Shown here: positions 1 to 11,100 of the stretch, one piece after another
Layout: the number at the start of each line of letters is the position of its first letter
Numbering within the stretch: the stretch's first letter is position 1
Program-made: the position numbers and the translations under genes
The notes under the pieces: model-generated
Databases searched by the model: none
The model's input: only the letters and a program-made list of their open reading frames with translations
What the model was told of the DNA's origin: nothing
DNA from: Octopus bimaculoides
Taxonomy: Eukaryota
NCBI RefSeq assembly: GCF_001194135.2
Contig: NC_069003.1
Coordinates: 7,063,631 to 7,112,843, forward strand
Length of the DNA stretch: 49,213 nt
Direction: 5' to 3'

Positions 1-1031
1 CCTCCCTCCCTCTCTCTCTTCCCCCCTCTCTCTTCCTCTCTCTCTCTTCCTCCCTCCCTCTCTCTTCCTCCCTCTCTCTCATGAGTTAACAATCACTTTT
101 TACTGAAGACCCCTGAGTTGTGAGTGACACTTTGAGCAATGAACTTGAAATATAATTAACCTATGCAATAATTCTTTTGTTGTACAAGCTGTATGCAGCC
201 ATTTATGTTAATTATACAGCTGTCTGTCTGTCCACCCGTCCATCAATCCATTCGCCCATCTATCTATCTATCTGTCAAGCTGTCTATTCAACTATCTGTC
301 TGTCTATCCATCCATTTGTCTACCGTCCATCCATCCATCCATCCATCCTTCTGTCTGTTCACCCATTTATCTCTCCATCCATCTATTTGTCCACCATTCA
401 TCTATCTATCTACTTTTTTTCTTTTTTTTCTCGATCCCTTTTGATCGAACTCTCCCCCTTTTTTCCTTCCTATGATCCCTTTTGATCAACACCCCCTACT
501 CCCCTTTTTTCCCCTTCTTCCTCCCAAAAAAGAAAAGCTCTACATTGTATTTGTCCCATCTTTGTTGAGCTTTGTGTGGTTAATAAAAGAAATGTATCTA
601 CCTATCTACCTACCTAATACCCACCCATCCATCCAATCAATCAATCAATCAACCAGGGAGGAAGAGAGAGAGATAGTGTGTGTGAGTGATGCTGGTATAG
701 TTGTGTGGTTATGAAGTTTGCTTCCCAACCATGCAGTGGCCATGCTGGAGCACCGCTGTCAGTCGAACAAATCAACCCAGCACATGTGCCGGTAAAGAGA
801 CGCTCACGCTCGAATGGTGCTTTTCACGTGTCACCAGCACGGGAACCANNNNNNNNNNNNNNNNNNNNNNNNNNNNNNNNNNNNNNNNNNNNNNNNNNNN
901 NNNNNNNNNNNNNNNNNNNNNNNNNNNNNNNNNNNNNNNNNNNNNNNNNNNNNNNNNNNNNNNNNNNNNNNNNNNNNNNNNNNNNNNNNNNNNNNNNNNN
1001 NNNNNNNNNNNNNNNNNNNNNNNNNNNNNNN

Positions 1032-1385
1032 GTGTTCAAATTCTGCCAAGGTCGACATTACTTTTCATCCTTTCAGGGTTTATGAAATAAATACCCCTCC
1101 CCCAAACTTACTGGCCTTGCATCAAAAATTGAAGCAATTATTATTATTATTATTTTAATTATCATAAATTTAGGTTGTAGGCTGGTAGTCATGAACATGT
1201 TGGGCAAAATGCTTTGTGGTATTTTGTTTGCCTTTACATTCTCGGTTCAAATTTCTCCGAGGTCGACTTCCCTTTTCACCCTTTCAGGGTTGATAAAATA
1301 AGTACCAGTTGAGCTCTGGGGTTGATGCAATCGACTTACCTTCTCCCCTAAATTGCTGGCCTTGTGTCAAAAATGTGAAACCGAT
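1032..1385 (+). mobile_element. Two family E SINE copies
   Basis: gtcgac...ttttcatccttt core repeated twice. Confidence 0.75.
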
Positions 1386-2542
1386 GTTGTGATAGACAGC
1401 TGTTGACTATGTCAACAAAACTTGACCTGTTTTACAGCACTGTAAAATTCCATCAGCATATCTATTCTCTCTCCCCACCTTCTCTGCCTGTCCCCTTTCT
1501 CTCCCCTCCACCCTCTCTGTCTGTCTCCCTCTCCCTCTCTCTCTCTCTCTCTCACCTTCCTTTATTCATTATATTGTTTCCTTGGTATTTCTCACTCACT
1601 AACTACCCCCCCCCCCTTCCTCTTTCCCAGTTTGGTTCTCTATCAAAAGACTGATGAATTATTCATCAATTATATTTCATTTGTTTGTAAGTAAACTCGT
1701 TAACTAACGAGAAGGAAAGGGTTACCTGATACTCACCTTAATTCATTCTAGTCTTTGTTTTGCACTGATTATCCTCCTGTGTGGAGGAGGAGAGTAAACA
1801 TGTTTATACCTGTGTTGATAGCTTTCATATTTATGTTGTTTTATTATTATTTTAATTACAATTACAAAGAGACAAAGAAGAAGAAGAAAAAAAGCGAAGG
1901 GAATTAAGCAGTAGATAGGGGAGATGGAGAGGACGATGGTCCCTGCATCCCCAGAACAAATGGTGTGCTCAACCGCGTCCTGTGGTCATGATCACAATGG
2001 TGTTACTGCAGAGAATGGACAATGATACTTGCTGTAGTAGCCACTCCACCTTGTGGGGCTCATTTCTCAGACGGGCCCTTGTTATCCTGGTTTTGCAGAA
2101 GAAATTGGTCGTTGGGGTCCAAGAAGACTTCAGGTCTCAACGGCGACCATCATAAACTGATAGCGGTGTAAATTGGCATAACCGATAAATAAATATGGGG
2201 TCAGGTCTCTGTATTTATTTACTTTCCTCTCTTCTGCATATATGGGTGGGCAATACCTGGGTTTGTCACCAATACAGCAAAGTAGGAGTATGTGCCACTG
2301 CACGTCACGTCCCAGAAGAGGGATCTGTTTTCCTCGAATGGGAAGAGGGTTATTCTGTCAGGAGCTTACTGTCCCTGCAGTTAAAACAGGAAACCAGCCA
2401 CATCAAGGTCCCTTCTAATTATGTCATTCAAAATAGCGTGTCAGGGGAATTGTCCCCCCCCCCCACTATTATTCCTCTCTGATGGGTTTGCTAATATCAA
2501 TTATAATAGGTGTCTGTTACTAATTACTCTGGAGGACAAACG

Positions 2543-2573
<31 letters not shown>

Positions 2574-2998
2574 GCAAAAATACTAAATACAAACAAAAAG
2601 AAGTTAATTATTAATTTTATTTTTGTACTTGTGAATACCTGTGCGTTTTCTATAGGTGATAAATATCCATAGCTGTAGTTAATTTACTTTCAGCATAATG
2701 CATTGAAAGGATTTCATTGAATACAATGTATGTTCTTTGGTATCATTTATAGTATATAGGTAGAGGCAAAGGTGTGTGATTAAGGAAAACGCTTTTGGGT
2801 TCAATCCCCACTGTGCGGTACCTTTGACAGGTGTCTTCTACTGTGGCCCTGGGTCAACCAATGCTCTGTAAATGAATTTGGTAAATAGAAATATGTATAT
2901 ATGTACATACATGTGTATATGTGTGTGTGTGTGTGTATACATAATCTTAAAAAAATAATAATAGTATTTTATAAGCTTTAAGCTTATAAGCGATCACC

Positions 2999-3080
<82 letters not shown>

Positions 3081-3085
3081 GTATG

Positions 3086-3116
<31 letters not shown>

Positions 3117-3755
3117 GTATATATATNNNNNNNNNNNNNNNNNNNNNNNNNNNNNNNNNNNNNNNNNNNNNNNNNNNNNNNNNNNNNNNNNNNNNNNNNN
3201 NNNNNNNNNNNNNNNNNNNNNNNNNNNNNNNNNNNNNNNNNNNNNNNNNNNNNNNNNNNNNNNNNNNNNNNNNNNNNNNNNNNNNNNNNNNNNNNNNNNN
3301 NNNNNNNNNNNNNNNNNNNNNNNNNNNNNNNNNNNNNNNNNNNNNNNNNNNNNNNNNNNNNNNNNNNNNNNNNNNNNNNNNNNNNNNNNNNNNNNNNNNN
3401 NNNNNNNNNNNNNNNNNNNNNNNNNNNNNNNNNNNNNNNNNNNNNNNNNNNNNNNNNNNNNNNNNNNNNNNNNNNNNNNNNNNNNNNNNNNNNNNNNNNN
3501 NNNNNNNNNNNNNNNNNNNNNNNNNNNNNNNNNNNNNNNNNNNNNNNNNNNNNNNNNNNNNNNNNNNNNNNNNNNNNNNNNNNNNNNNNNNNNNNNNNNN
3601 NNNNNNNNNNNNNNNNNNNNNNNNNNNNNNNNNNNNNNNNNNNNNNNNNNNNNNNNNNNNNNNNNNNNNNNNNNNNNNNNNNNNNNNNNNNNNNNNNNNN
3701 NNNNNNNNNNNNNNNNNNNNNNNNNNNNNNNNNNNNNNNNNNNNNNNNNNNNNNN

Positions 3756-4048
3756 TTAGTCGAGCAAATCGACCCCCAGGACTTATTCTTTGTAAGCCTG
3801 GTACTTATTCTATCAGTCTCTATTGCCGAACTGCTAAGTTACAGGGACGTAAACACACCAGCATCGGTTGTCAAGCGATGTTGGGGGGAACAAACACAGA
3901 GATACACACACACATATATACATATACAACGGGCTTCTTTCAGTTTCCGTCTACCAAATCCACTCACAAGGCTTTGGTCGGCCCAAGGGTATAGTAGTAG
4001 AAGACACCTGCCCAAGGTGCCATGCAGTGGAACTGAACCCGGAACCAT
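3756..4048 (-). mobile_element. tRNA-derived SINE family D, partial
   Basis: High identity to the copies at 6652, 15378 and 38084; internal (CA)(TA) tract. Confidence 0.85.
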
Positions 4049-5057
4049 ATATATATTTGAGGAAGGGATTAGAACAATACCAAATGTAGAGGTCCAAGTT
4101 CGATATGCAGGGGTCCATTTTTGCTTTTCTTGAATGCTGATAGAAAGAAAAACATCAGTATTAAATAATAATAAAAAAAGAAAAACACTTGTCTTTAAAT
4201 CTATGAGAGTTGAGAAAACATCTCTTTTCTCCTGTGTTACGTTTGTCTGTTTGTCTCGTTTGGTATTGTCCCTTGCAAGCACTGACATGTTTGGTCTCTG
4301 TTCTTCGTCTCCCTGGCACCTGTTACTTACCTCCAACTCCAAGCATTCATTCATTCATTTGATTCTAAAGTCTGTGTTTTTTTGTTTTTTTTTTCATTTT
4401 TCGATAACATTTTTCTAGGTTGGATTAATAGTAATAAAAATTCTGGTTGTGAGCATGATGATGATGGTGGTGATGATGGTGATGATGATGATGATGTGCG
4501 CACACATGTAAGTATTCGGCTTATATTTAATTAGATTGTGTAACAGTGGGTAGTATTGAAGCTACACACAACCACATGTATGTGTATTGTATATGAATTT
4601 GTGTGTGTGTATGTATGTATGTATGTACACATACACACGCATACAATATATATAATGTACATACTTAATTATCCAAAATTATGCCAAACCAGACTGGAGT
4701 CTGGTGCAGCCCCCACCCCAGCTTACCAGCTCTGGTCAAACTATCCAGCCCATGCCAACATGGACAACAGACATTGAATGATGATGATGATGATGATGAT
4801 GATTACACACACATGACAAGCTTCTTATCAAATTCTGTCTTTGAAATTCACTCAGATGTCTTTGGTTGGCCGGAGCTATAGTAGAAGGCACTTGCCCATA
4901 GTGCCATGCAGTGGGACTGAACCAAAGACCACATCGTTGGAAAGTAAGTGTCTTAACCATACAACCATGTCTGCACCTGTTGTACTTTGTTTTGAAATAA
5001 TATTATGATTTTTATATATTTCTTTTTTCTAATGTTGTTTTTCTTTCTGCCTGATAG

Positions 5058-5124
5058 GTATTAAGAGTTCCCAATGCAGCTCCCAAAGAATCCAGGAAAA
5101 TTAAGCGGAAAGTTGTTCCTTGTG
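5058..5124 (+). CDS. CEP350: CEP350-like exon (VLRVPNAAPKESRKIKRKVVPC), phase 0-1
   Basis: ctgatag acceptor, gtaagt donor, open frame joins the next exon in phase. Confidence 0.7.
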
Positions 5125-8100
5125 GTAAGTAGCAATTCATAATTGTTGTTGTTGTTCTTGTTACTGTGAGGACCCTCAGTCAGCTTCACATGAGACATAA
5201 TGTGCAGACAAGCCATCAAGGGAGCTTCTACATCGTTGCTTGATCTGCTAGAAATAGCAACCAAATCTCCCCTCAGATCACATCCTACTCTCTTGAAAAA
5301 TAGAGAACACACGGGATAATGTAATTAGGTTGGGGAAGAACTGTGCCCAAGAAAGATGAGTTGGATTCCATATTCGACCAACGACTAAACTCGGAAACTG
5401 GGATTCACCCTGTTACTTGAATGATTCAGCAGTGTTAACTTAGACTGTTTGGTCATGTCGTTTGATCTTCCTAGTTGGATCCTGCTTATTGTATGCTCTT
5501 CTCTGAGGATCTGGCTAGGGTGTTGGCTCATGCTGGTCGGTTACATGCCTCTTTGTCACAGCAGATAAGAAAGTATCTTGCTGAGATGGAGATTGACTGG
5601 GAGACTTCTTGGAGGCAATAGCACATGCCTCCATAGTGGAGGTACCAGCACATGGCTCTATACCCGACCTGAATTATTTACATTTCATTTCCCCCTCCTC
5701 ACTTAATTTTGATTTTTTTTCTATGTATTTCTCTCTTTTTTTTTTTCTCCTTCTCTTCTATCTCAGCAAATGGTAAAAATTACGGTACTAACCATGCTTA
5801 TGCTGTGAATCTTCCCAAAAGAACTTTAGATGTGAATCCTAAAAAAGTTTGCCATTCAAATGAAGACACATTCAAAGATCAATGGAGGGCTAATTCCAAA
5901 GTGGTGGGCACGTCCGAAGCAGGCCGAAGAATGTTTGTCCCCACTGATGTGCGTGTTTTGAACGAGAGCTATGTCACTACAGCCATCGCTACGCCAAGGC
6001 CCGATATGTTGGACTCTGCCATTCCAGCTAGCCGCACTTCACACGTAAAAGCCGCCTTGCCACTTGCTGGTAATTCAACAGTTGCTACCTCGTGGAAAAA
6101 TTTTCATCAGGGAAACGCATTTAGCCACAATCTCGAACGGGAATCTGAGAATTTCGATTGTCACTCTCTTATTACTAACGGTGACCTTGACAAAGGGAGT
6201 GAGACACAGGAGACCAAGATCAGGTTAAACAAAGCTTTAACAAGATCCAGTAAGTCAAACCCCCACTTTTTTTTGTGTTTTTTTTTTGTTTTTTGTTGTC
6301 ATCTGTTGTTTTATTTGTCTGAATGGCAATGGGATGAAGTGTCAGAATGTTGTCCAACAGTTTATAATTTTCACAGAAACTTGGGAACAAACTAGCTTTT
6401 ACGATGATGCTTTTCATTTACAACCATTACATAATGGCTAGACAAAGGTACACACAAACACATACATAAACACATGCACACATACACACACATTTGGTTA
6501 TGTAGGGACACATGCTTTTATCCAGACTATCTGCTCCATCCTCTCTGGACTTTTTCCACTTTCCAACGAAGAGCCATGCTCAAAACATTAGTTTGATTTG
6601 AGGGAGACTTGGCTGCTATTTCTAGCATTTCTTTTTATACAAGAGGAGAAATACTCTTTTACTTGTTTCAGTCATTTGACTGCGGCCATGCTGGAGCACT
6701 GCCTTTAGTCGAGCAAATCGACCCCAGGACTTATTCTTTGTAAGCCTAGTACTTATTCTATAAGTCTCTTTTGCCGAACCGCTAAGTTACGGGAACATAA
6801 ACACACCAGCATCGGCTGTGAAACGATGTTGAGGGGACAAACACAGACACACAAACACACATATATATATACGTATATACGACGGGCTTCTTTCAGTTTC
6901 CGTCTACCAAATCCACTCACAAGGTTTTGGTCGACCGAAGGGCTTAGTAGAAGCCACTTGCCCAAGGTGCCGCGCAGTGGGGACTGAACCCGGAACCATG
7001 TGGCTATGAAGCTAACTTCTTGCCACACAGCCACGCCTGCACCTATTGTGTATCACAATAGGTATTGATAACTAAACTATGGTCATTGCTCAAAAGTGTC
7101 ATGAGAGATATTTAGGAAACCCAGCCATGTTTCTACATGTTGAGCTGACCAGTTTTATTTTGTATTAATAGGAGAGGCAAGTCCTGTCTTGTCCCTTTCT
7201 CTTATCATCAGGCAGCAACCACTCCCTTTCCCCATAGAACATTCTCACCCTCTGACCTCTTTCTTTCTACCCCGGTGCCTGTCTTTGGCATTTACTGCTG
7301 CGGCTGCTACATTTTTGATTGGTTGTATTTTTTTGGGTTGATTGATATATTCTTGGTTGTGGCATGTAACCGGTTGGGAAGTTACACTGGCTTCATGTCT
7401 ACTACCATCAAAACCATCACCACTACCACTACCACCACCACCACCACCACCACTGTCACTGCTACCACCATCACTACTACCACCACTACCACCATCACCA
7501 CCACCACCACCACTATTGCCTCTACTACTACTACTACTACTACTACTACTTTATTGAGAAGGTTGCAAGAAGCAATGAAAGAGCTTTGACAAACAAAAAC
7601 AAAACAATCGGATGTTGAATAACTGAGTGGAATTGAACCAGTGTATGTGTGTTAATTATATCGGTGTAGTGACTCTCCCTAGACACAACAATATTTTCCT
7701 CTTAATCCTTTCTGTCAAAGAGTGTAGGCTTGAAATGTAAAAGACTTTTCCATTCTCCTCGAGTGTTAAACTAACACACATGCTTGTTGTTCCTACACCT
7801 GTCTTTGCCTTTTGTTTTCTCTAAATTTGAAATATATANNNNNNNNNNNNNNNNNNNNNNNNNNNNNNNNNNNNNNNATATATATAATACAACAAGCTTC
7901 TTTCAGTTTCCTTCCACTGAATCTATTCACAATCTGTTCTGTATTTAACAAATAAGATAGGAGAGTATTGTAGTTCGCTTGAAGCATTGTGTATTGTTTG
8001 TAAAGAATGAAAAGTTTTGAATGATACAACAATGCACTATAAAACAAAAAATGGACTGTATACCTGTTGTAATTTAGTTATCCATAGTTCTATAATCAGA

Positions 8101-11100
8101 TTATAGCAGCGACTCCATCTAAGAATATCTGAAGAAGGAATTGTATTCCGAAATATCATAGGACTATAGATAACTAAATTACAACAGGTATATAGTCCAT
8201 TTTTTGTTTTATAGTGCATTGTTGTACCATTCAAAACTTTTTATTCTTTACTAACAAATAAGATTTTTTTTTTTTTTGCAGGTGGTTTGGATAAACTTAG
8301 AGAGAAGATAAAACAGCAACAGTTGGTATGTAAAGGTATGTTCACCGGATACTGTTGTCTATGGTTCTTAAAAAATTCTACAAAATTTTATACCTCGAAT
8401 GTCAGGTATGTTTTAATGGCAACCAAACACCTATAACGTAGTAAAAAAAAAAAAAATTGTATTCTTAATGCTTGACTGCACCAAGTTCCACTGTCTGTTT
8501 TGATGTGGTTTCTATGGTTGGCTGCTCTTCCTAATATCAACCACTTTATAAAAGTGAAATGGGTGTTTTTATGTGGCACCAGCAATGGCAAGATCTGATT
8601 TAATATGGATTTTATGGATGGGTGCCCTTCCTAATGCCAACTGCTTTACAGAGCAGACTGCTTTCTCTCTCCATCATCACTTAACATCCGTTTTCCATGC
8701 TGGCATGGGTTGGACGGTTTGACAGGGCCAGGCCAGCCGAAGAGCTGCTAGGGCTCCATGTCTGTTTTGGCATGGTTTCTATGGCTGGCTGCCCTTCCTA
8801 ACACCAACCCCTTTACAGAGTGTACTGAGTGCTTTTACGTAGCAGCAGCACCCACGAGCCCACAAGATTAAGAACGTTCAGCTGGAGAGGGATGCAGGGG
8901 ACATGCCTGTATGCAAGGACAACCCTGATTTTGCTTAGCTTGACATGTCTTCTTAAGCACAGCAAACTCCCAGGAGTCTGTCATTCCCCTCTCTGAGACC
9001 CAACATCTGAAGATCCTTTCTTGCCACTACGTCCCACATCTTCCTGGGTCTGTTCCTTCCACAATTAGAGATCAGCACCTTAATTTTTGGGGCTTAAAAT
9101 TTGGAAAAATTGTTTTGTAAGGGATTATAATACTATCCATGCATAAGAAACGTCCATATTTTTTAACCTAATTTTTAACAAAAAAGGGTTCCTTATACCT
9201 GTTAAAATACGGTATATATGTATATATATATGTGTGTGTGTGTGTGTGTGAATATGTGTGTGTGTGTGTGTATACGCTCGTCTTGATATCATGTGGTGGT
9301 TGTAAACGAGCATCACCGTCATACAAGCGGTGTTGTTTGTTTCCAGTCTTCCACGCGAAGCATGTTTGGCCATGGGGAAAATATTACCATTGCTTAGAAA
9401 CAGGTGAGAGAGTTAGTGACCGGAAGGGCATCCAGTTGTTGAAAAACTTGCCTCAATAAATTCCATGTTTAACCAACGCAAGCGTAGAAAAACAAATGTT
9501 AAATGATGACGATGATGATGACATTTTACCTTCTATTGTAGAACACAGCTCCTCAAAAATAACTGAATCATCAGCCCATGTTGAGAAGACTTCTTTGGCA
9601 AGTACTACAAACGAAGGCGATGTGGACATGGTGCCTGAAACAGACTGTCCATCATCCGCCGTTGATTCTTCTGATTCAGTGTGCAGAGCTTCTCAGTCTT
9701 GTGATTATAACAACAATGGACTCGTCTCGACCTATACTTCCAAGAAGACCATCCAGAATAATAAGAATAACCATGCTGTGAAGACACGCAAGATAGCTGC
9801 CAGTGTTTCTACACCATCATACAAAGGTTTTTATCTCACGATAAATTGTTGCTGTTGTTGTCGTTCTTCTTCTTGTTGCTTTTGCGTTGTCATGTGAAGG
9901 TACACGGGTTAATGGTTAAGGTATTTCGTTTGCGATCATAAGGTCTTGAGTCTGAATCCCAGTGGCACATTGTGTTCTTAAGCAAGGCAATTTATTTCAT
10001 GTTGCTCAAGTCCACTGAATGGCCTTCTGAACATTAACCACTTTACAGAGGTACTGGGTGCTTTTTACGTGGCACCATCACCAGTGCATTTTAAACGGCA
10101 CCATCAGCAGTGCTTTTTATGTGGCACCAGCACCGACAGGGCCACCAAGTACCTTACAAGACAAAAACCTCCTCAGCTAGGAGGGAGGAATAGTATCGAG
10201 GGTGTGTGGCTTTGTTCCAGTTGGAAGATTAAAGGTTTAGAGGGACTTCATCATGTATAAATCCTTATACTACATTACATAGTCTTGTATATTATGTTGA
10301 TGATAATTAGTATATTGTAATGTCTTTCTCTCTGTCTGTTTGTGTATAATTATACATGTGCGATTGTGCGTATGCCTCCATTACCAAAAAGTACTACCAC
10401 TAAAACAGGCTGAGTCTCCAGTCAACCATACAAAATCATCAGAAGCCAAACAACCATGTCCACTTGTCTCCTTTCACTTTAACCTCATCATCATAATTTA
10501 TTCATCGTTATATTTTTCTCCTCTTCCTCCTCCTTCTTCAGGGTTTTCAAGACTTAAAGAAAAGAACACAGAAAATGTTAGTGGGGCCAGGGGAAAAGTG
10601 AAACGAACTGATGCAAAGTCTGCGACTACTACTACTGGAAAAGGTAAGTTTATTGTTAATACAATATCTATTTAGCCCTGGGTCAGTCCTGATCCAGGAT
10701 TGACAATCCAGTCTTTTATTCAATCATAGTATATATATATATATATCATCATCATCATCATCATCGTTTAACGTCCGCTTTCCATATATATATATATATA
10801 TTTCATGATCACCATCATTTAACGATGGTGGTGATATATATACTGTGATTGTATAAGCTTATAAAAAAAAAGGTTAGAGCATTGAGCTTATGATTGTGAG
10901 GTTGTGAGTTCAATTCCTGGACCAGGTTGTGTGTTGTGTTCTTGAGCAAGACACTTTATTTCACATTGCTCCGGTTCACTCAGCTGTAGAAATGAGTTGT
11001 GATGTCACTGGTACTGAGCTGTATTGGCCCCTTTGTCTTTCCCTTGGATAACATCGGTGGCATGGAGAGGGGCAGTTGGTATACATTGGCAACTGCTGGT

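Noticed and set aside
177-714. Overlapping ORFs rich in S/I/Y/L/H
   Set aside because: Translations of (TATC)/(CCAT) simple repeats
2999-3994. 331-aa and other long ORFs, also 27677-28552, 32242-33219 and 41070-42002
   Set aside because: They run through N-gaps and (TA)/(TG) tracts or SINE sequence
4419-4448. Possible 30-nt exon (ctag|...|gtgagc)
   Set aside because: The only frame compatible with exon 5058 gives VGLIVIKILV with no ATG and no family resemblance
7275-7589. Poly-Thr and poly-Pro ORFs (mucin-like)
   Set aside because: (ACC/ACT)n microsatellite with no splice signals fitting the exon chain
10370-10470. Open, coding-like stretch upstream of exon 10542
   Set aside because: No convincing acceptor, and the 10542 acceptor restores the YKGF motif
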